From positions 38,031,182 through 38,095,181 of the forward strand of contig JARDVH010000059.1 of NCBI GenBank assembly GCA_030324005.1: a DNA stretch of 64,000 nucleotides, given 5' to 3'. The notes under the pieces are model-generated. The model was given only the letters and a program-made list of their open reading frames with translations, ran no database searches and was not told the DNA's origin. Below, one piece after another: positions 26,150-39,625 of the stretch. Made by a program: the position numbers and the translations under genes. The DNA comes from Negaprion brevirostris (taxonomy: Eukaryota). Each line of letters starts with the position of its first letter. Position 1 is the first letter of the stretch.

Positions 26150-27060
26150 ACATACCTGTGATTCCTCCCCAAAGCACTGAGACTATCCTCAACAGAGTTA
26201 CCCATGCTGTCCTCTGACTGTGGTGCATTTTTGGATTCTCACACTCCTTGACCTCTTTGCAGTGATTAACATGATTGATGTGGCTCTATTGCTTCTCTAT
26301 TGTGGTTTATTTCATGGCACTTTTGTAACAATCTTCCTAATACTGCTATGTATCCTAGCACAATCAGTGCATCTTTGTAATTACTTTTCATCTTCCCTCC
26401 TTTTACAGTCATAACTGGTGTATGTTAAAGTTCCATCCTTGCTCCTCTTTGCTTATCTATATTATTTTTTAATCAGTATTTTTAACTCCTTGACATCGCC
26501 AATGGCTAAAGACAAAGCTGGCAAAAAGACGTCTTTTAAGAACATAAGAAATAGGAGCAGGAGTAGGCCATCCAGCCCTTCGAGCCTGCCCCGCCATTCA
26601 ATAAGATNNNNNNNNNNNNNNNNNNNNNNNNNNNNNNNNNNNNNNNNNNNNNNNNNNNNNNNNNNNNNNNNNNNNNNNNNNNNNNNNNNNNNNNNNNNNN
26701 NNNNNNNGATAGGCGAGGGGATTAAGGGTTATGGGGAGAGGGCAGGAATGTGGAACTGAGCCACGACAGATCAGCCATGATCTTTTGAATGGCGGGGCAG
26801 GCTTGAAGGGCTAGATGGCCTACTCCTGCTCCTATTTCTTATGTTCTTATATTTCAGTATCTGATTCTCTATCCAGCCAGTAGCTACATCAGATTCAGCC
26901 CAATGTTTTGATATTTGATTTGAGCTGACCCCATAAATGCCACATCTTTGTTATCATATGATTACTTAGTCCTCGCTCTATAACATAACATAATATGCTT
27001 CTATCCCAACCTCATCTTTGGTAAAACTTGCTTATCCACCTCAGTCACACCAAACTCCAT
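26150..27060 (+). mobile_element. Ancient L2-like remnant interrupted by two young, oppositely oriented CR1 3' ends either side of a gap (26538-26607, 26708-26850)
   Basis: ILTLLDLFAVINMID resembles the L2 RT motif; (ATAAGAAC)-type CR1 tails nearly identical to 27829-27895 and 50755-50914. Confidence 0.5.
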
Positions 27061-27604
27061 TACACTGGAGCTCTGTGTGATCGCCTCTACAGGTTTTCCC
27101 ATGCAAACATATGGATAAGAGAAGACAGGCTGGCACACTGAACCTGTTCTGTCTAGCACCATTTAATTAATATTATCTTTATCTTTTCCAAACATTTGCA
27201 TGTCTTGCAATCTTCTAGGAGGGGCAAACAATGTAACCCAGTTTAGGGAAAATATTCAGGGTAAAAGGAACTCATCAAAACATGCTTGACAGAACTACAT
27301 TGCTGAATTGTAAAGTTATATTTTCAAGTTTAAAGAACATGAACATTAGAGCAGAATTAGGCTACTCAACACTTTGAGCCTGCTCTGTCATTCAACATGG
27401 TCATGGCTACCTCCACTTCCAAAGTTTTTGCTGTCAGTGTCTTGAGCTCCTCTGACATTTCTGGGTATGAATCTCTAGGTAATTAAAAAAAATAAATTAT
27501 TTAAAGTTTCAATTATGCCATAATTTCATCCTCACTTTTATTTGTAAACATTTGGACTGAAGGCTAAGGTGTCTGCTAGATTTGATAGCCTGAATCTTTG
27601 GTGT

Positions 27605-29217
27605 TAATTTGATTTGATTTTGTTATTGTCGCATGTATTAGTATACAGAGAAAGTTGATAAAGAAGGGTAGGAGAAACTACGAAGCTGGGCTAGCGCTTA
27701 ATATAAAAAAGGATAGCAAGAGTTTTTANNNNNNNNNNNNNNNNNNNNNNNNNNNNNNNNNNNNNNNNNNNNNNNNNNNNNNNNNNNNNNNNNNNNNNNN
27801 NNNNNNNNNNNNNNNNNNNNNNNNNNNNGAATGGCGGGGCAGGCTCGAAGGGCTAGATGGCCTACTCCTGCTCCTATTTCTTATGTTCTTATGTTCTTCT
27901 GTATCTATTGTTTTTTGAATGCTATACTGTTCATAGAGAATGAAAGGATAGAGTGCAGAGTATAGTATTACAGTCTTCTCTAGGGTGTAGAGAAAAATCA
28001 ACTTGATATGAGGTAACTCCATTCAAACGTTTGATGGCAGCATCAAAGAAAGGTTTTGAGTTGGTTGGTATTTTGTATCTTATTCCTGATGGAAAAAGGC
28101 GGAAGAAAGTACGTCCGGGTGTGTGAGGTCCTTGGTTACGCTGGCTCCTTCTCTGAGGCAGCGGGTAGTGTAGGCAGAGCCAATGGATGGGAGGCTGGTT
28201 TGTGTGTTGGACTGGGCTTCATTCATGACCCTTTATAGTTTCTTGCGGTCTTGGGCAGAGCAAGAGCCATATCAAGCTGTGAAACAACCAGAAGTAATTC
28301 TTTCTAGATGCATCTGTAAAAGTTAGTGAGAGTCGTAGCGGACATGCCACGTTTCCTTAACCTCCTGAGAAAGTAGCAGCGTTGGTGGGCTTTTTTAACT
28401 ATACCATCGGTGTGAAGGGATCAGGACAAATTGTTGGTGACCTGCAGACCTAGAAACTTGAACCTTTCCACCATTTCAATTTTGTGCCTGTTCATGTAGA
28501 CAGGGGCATGTCCTGCACTACGCTTCCTGAAGTCGCTGAGTATCTCCTTCATTTTGTTGAAATTGAAGGGGAGATTATTGTCGTTGCACCAATTCACCAG
28601 ATTCTCCACCTGTTTTTGCTGTGCTCTATCTCATCATTGTTCAAGATCTGACCCCCTATGGTGGTGTCATCAGCAAACTTGAAAATTGAGTTGGAGGGAA
28701 ATTTGGCCATACAATTGTAGGTGTATGAGGAGTCTAGTAAGGAACCGACGACACAGCCTTGTCGGGCACCGGCGTTGAGGATGATCGTGGAGGAGGTGTT
28801 GGTGCCTATCCTTACTACTTACGGTCTGTGGGTTAGGAAGTCTAAGTGCAGTCGCAGAGAAGGGAATCAAACCCAGGCCACGGAGTTTGGAGATGAGTTT
28901 TGTTGGAATAATGGTGTTTGAAGGCTGAGCTGTAGTCAATAAATGGAAGTGTGACGACGGTGTTCTTGTTATCCAGATGTCCCCAGGTTGAGTCCAGAGC
29001 CAGGGAGATGGTGTCTGCTGTGGATCTGTTGTGGCAGTAGGTGAAGTATAGTGGATCCAGGCAATCTGGGAGGCTGGAATGATTCAAGCGCTTCATAATG
29101 ATGGATGTCAGAGCCACCAGACAATAATCATTAAGGCACGCTGCCAGGCTTTTCTTTGGCATAGGGATGATGGTCATCTTCTTGAATCAGAGAGGGATAT
29201 TAGATTGGTGGAAAGAG
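27605..29217 (-). mobile_element. Rex1/Babar-type LINE (RT to 3' end) with a young CR1 inserted at about 27655-27895
   Basis: IIPMPKK..CLNDY..VALTSIIMK..LDPL.F.Y..NRSTAD.ISLAL..HLDNKNT..FIDYSSAF; TIIPTKLISKL; WCNDNNL..N.NK.KE..DFRK; (TTTGA)n tail near 27608. Confidence 0.85.
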
Positions 29218-29317
29218 NNNNNNNNNNNNNNNNNNNNNNNNNNNNNNNNNNNNNNNNNNNNNNNNNNNNNNNNNNNNNNNNNNNNNNNNNNNNNNNNNNN
29301 NNNNNNNNNNNNNNNNN

Positions 29318-29495
29318 GCTTGGGCATGCTAAGTTGCCTCTTAATGTCAAAAGATGTGTAGGTTAGGTGGATGAGCAGTGGTAAATGCATGGGGAGATAG
29401 GGCGAGTGGGTGGACCTAGTTGAAATGTTTGTTCAGAGAGTCGGTGTGGATTTGAAGGGCCAAATGGCCTTCTGCATTGTAGGGATTCCATACGG
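29318..29495 (+). mobile_element. HE1-type SINE 3' half
   Basis: GGGCATGCTAAGTTGCC..GGGCCAAATGGCCTTCTGCATTGTAGGGATTC. Confidence 0.7.
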
Positions 29496-29919
29496 AACTG
29501 TCCTTGAGTTGAAAAGAGTGGATGATGGGCATTGCTGCTGATGCAGGTCGATTCCAGGAGTTGACTTGGCAAACAACGGATTCTTCAATTCAGATATTCT
29601 TTGGTTCGGTAGAAAGAGATTTCAGTTTTTTCCAGCTGCGACTTTTCTGTTGGCTGATAGACTTTCACAATCAGAGAGAGAGAATTTTGGATATTCCTGC
29701 AATAGGTGGCTATTTTTGTAGGGACCCTGCCTCAGTTACTGTATCTTCTTCAATGTGGGAAGGTTTATCTACTTTTCTCACAGCACACACAGACAGGCAT
29801 TGGGCAGCTCTCTCGGCTAGCTTTTAACCCCCTTTTTGTGTATTCAAACTGGATTCTAGACAATTATACCCAGAGTCTTTGGGTGGAATAGCTACTACGT
29901 TCCTTTGTCTTTACCAGAT

Positions 29920-31410
29920 CTGGTAAATCAGTTTTTAGACTCTTTCAGAATTGTCTTGTCTGGAGCCACAAGAAAGGGTTTGACAAATTTTGTTCAAATT
30001 TTTGGAGGATGTTAGAAATAGGACTGATAAAGGGGGTCAGTGGATGTAGTTTACTTGGATTTACAGAAGGCATTTGATAACATTCCCTATGGGAGTTTGG
30101 TTCATAAATGCTGGCATGGATTAAGGATTGTTTAGCAGGCATAATGCAAATAGTAGGAAGTAACAGGTCATTCTCGCACTGGCAGGCTGTGATCGGTATT
30201 GTACGTCAACTTGGGCCCCAGCTGTTTACAATATTTATCAATGATTTGGATGTGGGGACTAAATGTAATATTTCCAAATTTGTGGATGACACAAATCTAA
30301 GTGGGAATGTGAGTTGTGAGGAAGATTTGGGCAGACTTGGGCAAGAAAATGCAAATGAATGTAATGTGGAAAACTGGGAGATTATCCACTTTGGGAAGCA
30401 CAGAGATGCAGATTATTTTTTAAATGATGACAGATTAGAAAGTGTACATGTACAAAGCAATCTGGGTATCCTCATCATTACGTCAGTGAAAGCTAATGTG
30501 CAGATGCAGCAGGCAGTTAGGAAGACTCATGGCGTGTTAGCCTTTAGTGCAAGAGGATTTGAGCGCAGAAGGAGCGAAATCCTGCTTCAGTTGTAATGAA
30601 CCTTGGTTAGACTGCACTTGGAATGGTGTAGAGTTTTGATCCTCTCACTTTAGGCAGGATATTATTGTTATAGAGGGAGTGCAACAAAGATTCATTCGAC
30701 TTATTTCCACCATGGCGGGCCTGTCCTATGAAGAAAGATTAGGGCAACTGGCCTGTGTTTTCTAGAATTTTGAAGAATGAGTGGTGATCTGAGTGGAACC
30801 TACAAAGTATTCCAGAGATAGACAGGGTAGATGGAGGTAAGATGTTTCCTCTAGTTGGGGAGTTTAGAACGAGAGAACACAATTTGAAAATAAGGAGGTC
30901 ACTTAGGGCTGAGAAGGGAGAAACTCCTTTTACTTAATTTACTTAAATTAAGGGGTGGTAATTATAGGACGGATGTCAGAGGTATGCTCTTTATTCAGAG
31001 GGCAGTGAGGGTGTGGAATGCCCTGCCTGCAGCAGTTGTGGACTTGCCAACTTTAAGGGCATTCAAATGGTCAGTGGGTAGGCATATGGATAACATTGGA
31101 ATAGTTTAGGTTAGAGGGTCATTAGGTTGGTACCACTGGTCAGCGCAACATCGAGGCCGAAGGGCCTGTACTGCGCTGTAATGTTCTATGTACTTAGAAG
31201 GTTGTGAATCTGAGGAATTCTCTATCCCAAAGGACTGTGGAAGCTCTGTCATTGGTATTTAGAAATTTGTCAATCTCTGCTTTAAACATACCCCATAAAG
31301 GGCTATGTGGACAGTTTGGGTAAAAAGCACTGGAGTGATGATCAGCCATGACCATAATTAATGGCAGAGCATGCTCGATGGGCTGAATGGCCTATTGTCC
31401 TCTGTTTCTA
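29920..31410 (+). mobile_element. CR1 LINE (RT to 3' end) with a nested CR1 tail at about 30950-31190
   Basis: LAWIKDCL..LGPQLFTIFINDLDVGTKCNISKFVDDTNL..IIHFG..YFLN. Confidence 0.85.
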
Positions 31411-31414
31411 TGAT

Positions 31415-32200
31415 TGTTGGAGGTGATCATCTCAATTCAAAAACATTGCTGCAGGAGTTCCTCAAGTCAGTGTCCTACAGCCAACGATTTTTAGCTGCTT
31501 TATCAACAACCTCACTGTGCTGCACCCTTCAAAACCCCATCCTAAGATCAGTAATGGGAATGCTTACCAGTAAGATTTTGGTTCCATTTGTAACTCCTCA
31601 GATAATGAAGCAATCTATGTCTACCTGCAGTGAGACCTGGAAGATACTCAACTGGTCTGTGTGGCAAGTAACGTTTGTGTTGCACAAGACCATATCCAAC
31701 AAGAGAGTTTACCATCTCCCCTTGACTTACAATGGGCAGAATTTTATGGCTACATCATAGCTGGAACTGCAGCAAACCATTCAAAACTCCATGGTTTTCG
31801 GCAGGACTGTAAAATCCCACTGACGTTAAATTCCGTGTGATGACATTTGTAGCACTGACATCCCCAAAATCACCATCCTGGGGATTACCATTGACCAGAA
31901 GCTTAACTAGATCAGACACAAATGCAATCAATAAGATTCATTTAATCTTGTTGAGGCTTCTTTGACAGCAGCTCCCAGGAATTCTATCACCCAGGAGCAC
32001 GATGGCAACAGGTGCTTGGGAACTTGCAGGTTCCCTTTCAAGTTGCACAACTTCCTGACTTGGAAATGCACAATTTCTTGATTGTTGGTGAGTCAAAATC
32101 CTAGAACTCCCTCCCAAATGGTATTGTGAGAGCATCTTTACCACACAAATTAGGAATGGGCAATAAATATTGGCCCTCTCGGTGTATACATATTTCATGT
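31415..32200 (+). mobile_element. Old CR1/L2-like non-LTR element with a MITE-like insert
   Basis: GCAGGAGTTCCTCAAG.CAGTGTCCTA (GVPQGSVL-like); CATCCTGGGGATTACCATTGACCAGAAGCTTAACT; GGGCAATAAAT tail. Confidence 0.55.
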
Positions 32201-33141
32201 CAGAATTTAAAATATATTTAAAATAAATAGTTCATTCACATTCGAAGTACCTAAGTAACTCACTTGATTTTTTAAAATATATTAAAATATTAAGGCAGGA
32301 ATGCGGTCAGGGATATTGAAAGGATGATTTGTTAAGAGGCTTTTAGCTGATGCTGTATTTGTCTCCTTCTATGCATTTACATTAGTTGTTTTTCTTCTGT
32401 GGTCAGCCTCTTGCAATGAAACGTTTTGGAATAAGGCTGTTAAGTGAAAATAAAATACCAATTAATTTTGAGAAAGCTTTCTGCAATTTTTGATTCCTTC
32501 ACAAAAGTGCGGACTGTTTCTTTCAACTCATATTTCTGAAAGGTGCCTGTAGTATCTTGTGTTAAACTACAATTCTATAGCCTGCAAAATTTGTTAAGAC
32601 TTTCTTGAAAGGAGAAAGAAAAGCATAAACTTCAGAAACTCTGTGACCTTATTCAACCTCTACTGAATGCTTGCAAAAGACAGACAAAAAGACAAAGAAC
32701 ACAAGGCTGCCTCTTTTTCAAGAACCATTCATTCTCCTGTGGGGACAAAGCTCAGAATATAACTCCCAAGAAGAGCTTGGCATTGGGATCAGATTTCAGA
32801 TTATCTCCCTGCATAGCAGCCACTGATGCAGCACCAAACAAGGAACACAGATGTGAATCAAAGACTGAGGAGACTTCCATTTTTGACTGGCCTTTTAACA
32901 TTGGAGATGGAGCAGGACAGCCATTCTTTGGTACTGGAAGCCACAGATACACAGGCAGTCATGCAGTCCGAGACCTAACAGCAAATTTGTTCGCTTTGCT
33001 TAAAACAATATAAATTTCCCTGCTCAAACAAATTTATTCCTTCAAAGCTGATAAAGGAGAGGTTAAATCAATTGCTGTGTGCTAATCTAGATAATCTCTC
33101 ATTTCAAAATCCAAACTTCAGTCCTCCAGGCAAAAGCCTGA

Positions 33142-34580
33142 AGATCAGTTAGGTCAGGAATCACGACTCTTGGGATTTTGTCATTGAGCTCTCATGACGG
33201 AGGTCAATGGACGATCCAAGGCAAGATTTTTTTTAAAATAAGTGATCTTTGTTCAGAATTCTGCTATGCCGTTCTTTAGCTGGATGCATGTTGTTTTGGG
33301 AAGATAATTTAATCTATGTATTTTTCTTTATCTGAAATGTTGCTTGTCACTCTCTTGTCCTAGCAAGTTCTCTGTCTTTCCTTGTTAACCTACCCAACTA
33401 CGATACAAATGCCAGTTACATGGTAAACCAACAAATAGGTAAACATAGCTGTTAAATGTTCCCTTAATCACAACTCTTCTGCCAAATCAGTAACATTGTA
33501 TCAGTGGCTATCGACTGGGAAAGCTCCACAAGTGTGAAATATATTGTTCCAGAATGTGATAATTGAATGTGTTTTGATCAAACAAATTCAGATCCAAGCT
33601 CCTTTTATTTGTTTTATCTTTTTTTTCCTCATGGCGCCTCTTAGGTTCTTAGTTCCTGTAGTTCCTCCTTCCTATCATACCCCTTCTCTCCCCTATCAGG
33701 TATGCTGCTACATTAATTCCTACTGCAACCCGTCAGTGTTCCTCTGTTCCTACTCTCTAGCCAAAATCATTGTAGTTTTTAACTAAGGAGGAGAAAGATT
33801 AGTAACTATTTGGGCTGGAAAGATGTGTGGCTGGCAGCGAGGTTCAGGTTAGGTATATAATCATAGAACCCTACAGTGCAGAAAGAGGCCCTTCGGCCCA
33901 TTGTGTCTGCACCGGACACAATCCCACCCAGGCCCTACCCCGTATCCCTACATATTATACCCACTAATCCCCTCTAACCTACGCATCCCTGGATACTAAG
34001 GGGCAATTTCTTAGCATGGCCAATCAACCTAACGCGCACATCTTTGGACTGTGGGAGGAAACCAGAGCACCTGGAGGAAACCCACGCAGACACGAGGAGA
34101 ATGTGCAAACTCNNNNNNNNNNNNNNNNNNNNNNNNNNNNNNNNNNNNNNNNNNNNNNNNNNNNNNNNNNNNNNNNNNNNNNNNNNNNNNNNNNNNNNNN
34201 NNNNNNNNNNNNAGACAGTGACCCGAGCCGGGAATCGAACCCAGGACCCTGGAGCTGTGAAGCAGCAGTGCTAACCACTGTGCTACCATGCCGCCCCAAT
34301 AATCAATGTTGTAGATTGGTAGTATTTTTCTCTGAGATCAGTTAGGTCAGGAATCACGACTCTTGGGATTTTGTCATTGAACTATCATGAAGGAGGTCAA
34401 TGGATGATCCAAGGCAAGGTTTTTTTCTAAAAAAAGTGATCTTTGTTCAGAATTATGCTATGCCGTTCTTTAGCTGGATGCATGTTGTTTTGCGAAGATA
34501 ATTTAATCTATGTATTTTTCTTTATCTGAAATGTTGCTTGTCATTCTCTTGTCCTAGCAAGTTCTCTGTCTTTCCTTGTT
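33142..34580. repeat. ~245-bp direct repeat pair (33142-33386 and 34335-34580)
   Basis: AGATCAGTTAGGTCAGGAATCACGACTCTTGGG..CTCTGTCTTTCCTTGTT occurs twice with about 10 differences. Confidence 0.9.
33860..34296 (-). mobile_element. Young HE1-type SINE spanning a gap
   Basis: Well-preserved reverse copy with A/B-box head; closely similar to 61140-61615. Confidence 0.85.
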
Positions 34581-35327
34581 GCCCTTTTCTCCTCCTTCTA
34601 AACTTTCACACCCAAATTCTAATGCTTATTGCTTTGATTGAATAGCCTTGTTTGTCTCTAATTCATTTGCGTCTTCTGGTGCGTGGCTTCCTGTGTGCAT
34701 TATTCTGTCTTGTGTTTTTATTTGTGTCATGTTTATTTTATAAGCTTTTTATGCTAATTAGGCATTGTTAACACTGTAATGAGCATATCCAATTTCAGAA
34801 TATCACAGTGCAAACTTCTAAACTTTGTAGTACGGGATGCAATAGGGATTGTTCCAACCTGTTGCTGAAATAGGAGAGGGGAACTAATTAAATCACAGGA
34901 TGAGAGGATCATAAGAATTTTGCTGATCTCTCAATTGGAATAAGATTCCAATCAATCATGAACTCTTGCTCATTATAAACACTGAAATAAGCTTGCCTGT
35001 GTTCATATTGACACAGTATTGTAGTCTGGCCAGATTCTTTTCAAAACCATTGTCGGAGCGTTGTCTGGGGCTAGGTCTACAATACTTCAAAATTTCCCAT
35101 CTGTCAGTTGAAAGTAGTCATGTCTTCCAAAACCCAAAAGAAGTAGATTGCTTCAGCATTTTCCATTTCCAGTTTATTCTTGCCAAGCACTGATTTGTCT
35201 TCCTTCTGCGGAAATGAAAGTTATTTTGTTTGGTTAGTACAGTTACTCAAGTGACTGGGCTATGTGACTGTAAACAGGAAAGAGGAGTTCCTGCTGACAA
35301 CAGGAGGAGGAGCACTGTTTCTAAGAT

Positions 35328-37366
35328 TAGAACCATAGAAAATTACAGCTCAAAAACCAGCCTTTTGGCCCATCTTGTCTGTGCTGAACCACTTTTTGCC
35401 TAGCCCCACTGACCTGTACTTGGACCATATCCCTCCACACCCCTCTCATCCATGAACCCGTCCAAGTTTTTCTTAAATGTTAAAAGTGACCCGGCATTTA
35501 CCACTTTATCCGGCAGCTCATTCCACACTCCCACCACTCTCTGCGTGAAGAAGCCCCCCCTAATATTCCCTTTAAACTTTTCTCCTTTCACCCTGAACCC
35601 ACATGCTCTGGTTTTTTTCTCCCCTCGTCTCAATGGAGAAAGCCTGCTTGCATTCATTCTATCGATAACCGTCAAAATCTTGTACAGCTCTAACAAATCT
35701 CCCCTCATTCTTCTCCGCTCCAGGGAATAAAGTCCTCACCTCTTCAATCGCTCTCAAGTCCCGGCAACACCCTCGTGATCCTTCTCTGCAATCTTTCAAC
35801 CTCATTTACATCCTTCCTGTAACTTGGTGACCAAAACTGTGCACAATATTCGAAATTCGGATTTATAAAAGGCTTATATAACCTTTCCATAACACTCCAA
35901 CTTTTAGAATCGATACTCCAATTTATAAAGGCCAATGTACCAAAGCACCTGTGATGTCACTTTCAGGGAATTTTGTCCCTGTATTCCCAGATCCCTCTGT
36001 CCAACTGCACTCTTCAGTGTCCGACCATTTACCCTGTACGTTCTACTTTGGTTTGTCCTCCCAAATTGCAATACCTCACATTTGTCTGTGTTAAATTCCA
36101 TTTGCCATTTTTCAGCCCACTTTTCAGCCTATTTTTCGAGTTGTAAATCACCCCAGTAAATCTTTTCTGCACTCTGTCGAGTTAATAACATCATTTCTAT
36201 AATAGGGCGACCAGAACTGGACACAGTATTCCAATTGTGACCTGACAAAAGACTTGTACAACTTCAACAAGACATCTCAACTCCTGTGTTCAATATTCCG
36301 ACCAATGAACCCAGGTATGCCGAAAGCCTTCTTCACCACTCTGTCCACCTGTGACTCCACTTTCAAAGAGCTATGTACCCCTAAATCTCTTTGTTCTGTC
36401 ACTCTCCCCAGTGCCCTCCCATTAACTGAGTAAGTCCTGCCCTGGTTCGATGGATTAAAATGCATCACCTCACATTGATCTGAATTAAACTCCATCTGCC
36501 ATTCGTCAGCCCACTGGCCCAAATGATCAAGGTTCCGTTGCAAACCGAGATAACGTTCTTCACTGTCCACAATGCCACCAATCTTGGTGTCATCTGAAAC
36601 TTACGAACCATGCATACTAAATGATCATCCAAATCATTAATATAAATGACAAATAACAGTGGGATCAGCACCGATCCCAGAGGCACATCACTGGTCACAG
36701 GCCTTCAGTATGAAAAACAACTCTCTCCAACCACCATTTATCTTCTGTCATCAAGTCAATTTTGTATCCATTTGGCGAGCTCACCCTGGATTGAACTTTA
36801 TGCAACAACCTACCATGTGTTGCCCTGTCAAAGGCTTAGCTAAAGTCCATGTAGATAACATCAACTGCACTGCCCTCATCTACCTTCTTGGTTACCCCTT
36901 CAAAAAGCTCAATCAAATTTGTGGGATATGTTTTTCCACTCACAAAGCCATGCTCACAGTCCCTAATCCGTTCTTGTGTCTCTAAATAACTATAGATCCT
37001 GTCTCTAAAAATACCTTCCAACAACTTATTCACTCTGGATGTGAGGCTCACCTTCCTGTAGTCCCCAGGCTTTTCCCTGCAGTCCTCCTTGAACAAATGC
37101 ACATTTGCCACCCTTCAACCTTCAGGCACCTTCCCTGTGACTGTCAGTATTCAAATATCTCTGCTAGCGGACACACAATTTCCTCCCTCGCCTCCCACAG
37201 TGTCCGCGGATACACTTCATCAGATCCCAGAGACTCATCGACTTTGATGCATTTTAAGACTTAAACGCCTTGTTCTCAGTTATACGAACACTCCTCAAGA
37301 CATCACTATTTATTTCCCCAAGTTCCCAAACATTCATGATTTTCTCAGATGTGAATATTGATGAGA
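35328..37366 (-). mobile_element. Two adjacent CR1 LINE fragments (about 35328-36130 and 36140-37366)
   Basis: MRGDLLELYKIL..FFTQRVVGVWNELP; VPLGSVLIPLLFVIYINDLD; PGDYRKVSLTS..EHGFVSGK..TNLIELFEGVTKKVDEGSAVDVIYMDFS. Confidence 0.9.
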
Positions 37367-37607
37367 ANNNNNNNNNNNNNNNNNNNNNNNNNNNNNNNNN
37401 NNNNNNNNNNNNNNNNNNNNNNNNNNNNNNNNNNNNNNNNNNNNNNNNNNNNNNNNNNNNNNNNNNNTATGCATTTAATTGGTAAATGAAATAATGTCGT
37501 AGATGTCCTATCTTTCAGCCAATTTCTTTCTTAGTTCCAAGATTTATCCTGAATTCCGACAGCTTTGTGTTTCACTAAGTAGCCATTCTGACAGAACTTT
37601 ATGAACT

Positions 37608-37682
37608 GCTGTTTGAAAGTCTGAGTAGCTGATATTTGTTACAGTAGCTGTTTGAAAGTCTAAGTAGCTGATATTTGTTACA
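37608..37682. repeat. Tandem duplication, 36-bp unit x2 (period 39)
   Basis: GCTGTTTGAAAGTCT(G/A)AGTAGCTGATATTTGTTACA twice, one mismatch. Confidence 0.9.
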
Positions 37683-39089
37683 TTTTTACGTTTAAGGCTA
37701 GCTGATTTATTGCGTGCTGAGTCAGCACCCAATCTGGTAAACAGTGCATTCCCTCCATCAAAGTAAACAATAGCAAGAACCAGGAATTGAGCAGGGAACC
37801 TTGAGAGTATACATCAGATTACTCGAATGCACCATTGTGTGATTCTCCTCATCATTCATAAACATGTTGAATATACACTGCATTACTTCTGTTAATTGTA
37901 GTAAGAAATTCCAATAATCTAATAAAGAGAATAATACATTTATCATAAATATTTCCTTCTTGGGAGTACTGCGTGCACTGTGCTTAGCACACATCATTGC
38001 AGCTGATGGTACATGCAGGTATCCGGATATAAAAACAGAAAATCTCAGCAGATCTGACAGCATCTATGGAGAAAGGATAGAGCCAATGTTTTGAGTCTGG
38101 ATGACCCTTTGTCAGGTATCTGAGTTGCCTTTCTTTTGGTCACAGTTTTGCAAATTGAGTTATGAAGTCAGCAGTTGCAGCCTAGCTGATATTGAATTGG
38201 CCATATTGACATTTTAGCCAATCTAGGTTGCAACTTTTAGCATTGTTCTTCAACATAGTTTAGGTCCTACAGATGGGATTTACCATCAACTGTATCACTG
38301 ATTTGTCCACCATTTGTGGCTGAAGAAGCTGCACTGGGGGAGAAGTTTGTTTTGACTCCAGTTGAGCTATTCATCATGTGATCCATTGCATCCTTCACTT
38401 GAGCTGTTATTACACACACAACTACTCTTGGACAAATTAAAGTCCTTGTCTAAGATAACAAAGATATTCTAGGCAAGTTCTGGCCACAAGGGTGTTTCAG
38501 ATTAACATCCTTTTCTGTGTCACATTCACTGTGATTGTGTGTAGAAAAGGGGACATCTTGCCTAAGTCCAAGTTCACTGCACATCCAAACATCTCTTATT
38601 GTAGGATTTGTAGAAGAATTTCCTTCCTTATTTCACTTCTGATTAAGTTATTAATTAGTTCAAGACACATTTGTTTAGCCATTGTTTTCTGATTCTGGGG
38701 CTGTAAGTATCTTTTGTGCATTAACATTTGAGCCTTTAAAGATATTGAGTTTTTTTTTTCCTCTGACTGAACTCTTATTGAATAATATCCTACAAATCAA
38801 TTTGCTTGGGCGCTGAGTTATTTATTTTTGAAGTCAGCTTTTTAAAAAAATTATATAGTTGGTTTCTCTGCATTTCCAAATCCAGATCATGTTGAATCTG
38901 CTTTTCTATGATTGCTATTCCTAAAGTACTGTGATTAGGAAAATGGAGTAAACCATACAGGTGGAGATGATAACGTATTGGGAAGGGACTCCGGTTTTGA
39001 AGCCCACATGATGATGGAGGGACAGAACAATGCTGGAGCCAAGATTTTCAAATTTTTATTTTATTTCCAGTCAAAATTTAAGGGAAATA

Positions 39090-39625
39090 AATTAGCATTG
39101 CTGCCTCATGGTGCCAAGGACCTGGGTTCAATTCCAGCCTTGGGTGACTTGGTGTATGGATTTTGTATGTTCTCCCTGTGTCTATGTGGGCTTCCTCTGG
39201 TTTCCTCCCACAGTCCAAAGATGTACAGACTAGGTGAACTGGCCATGCTAAATTGTGCCTTAGACCAGGGATATGTAGGTTAGGTGGGTTAGCTTCAGTA
39301 AATGCGTGGAGTTCCAGGGAAAAGCAGAGGGGAGGGCCTGGGTGAAATGTTCTTTTGGAGAGTTGGTGCAGATCTAATGGTTGGATGGCTTTTTTCTGCA
39401 TTGTAGGGATTCTGCAGTTCTATGTTGACCTTGGTGACTTTTAACCATAAAATCACTACAATGCAGAAGGAGGCCATTTGGCCTTTCAAGTCTGTACTGA
39501 CACGCCGACTGAGCATCTTCTCCACCCCCATCCTATCTCTGCAACCCCACATATTTACCCTGCTAATCCCCCTAACCTACACATCTTGGGATGTTAAGGG
39601 ACAATTTAGCAAGGCTAATCCACCT
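39090..39625. mobile_element. Tail-to-tail HE1-type SINE pair (+ 39090-39420; - 39448-39625)
   Basis: TTAGCATTGCTGCCTCATGGTGCCAAGGACCTGGGTTCAATTCC head on +; reverse 3' half follows after ~25 nt. Confidence 0.75.
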
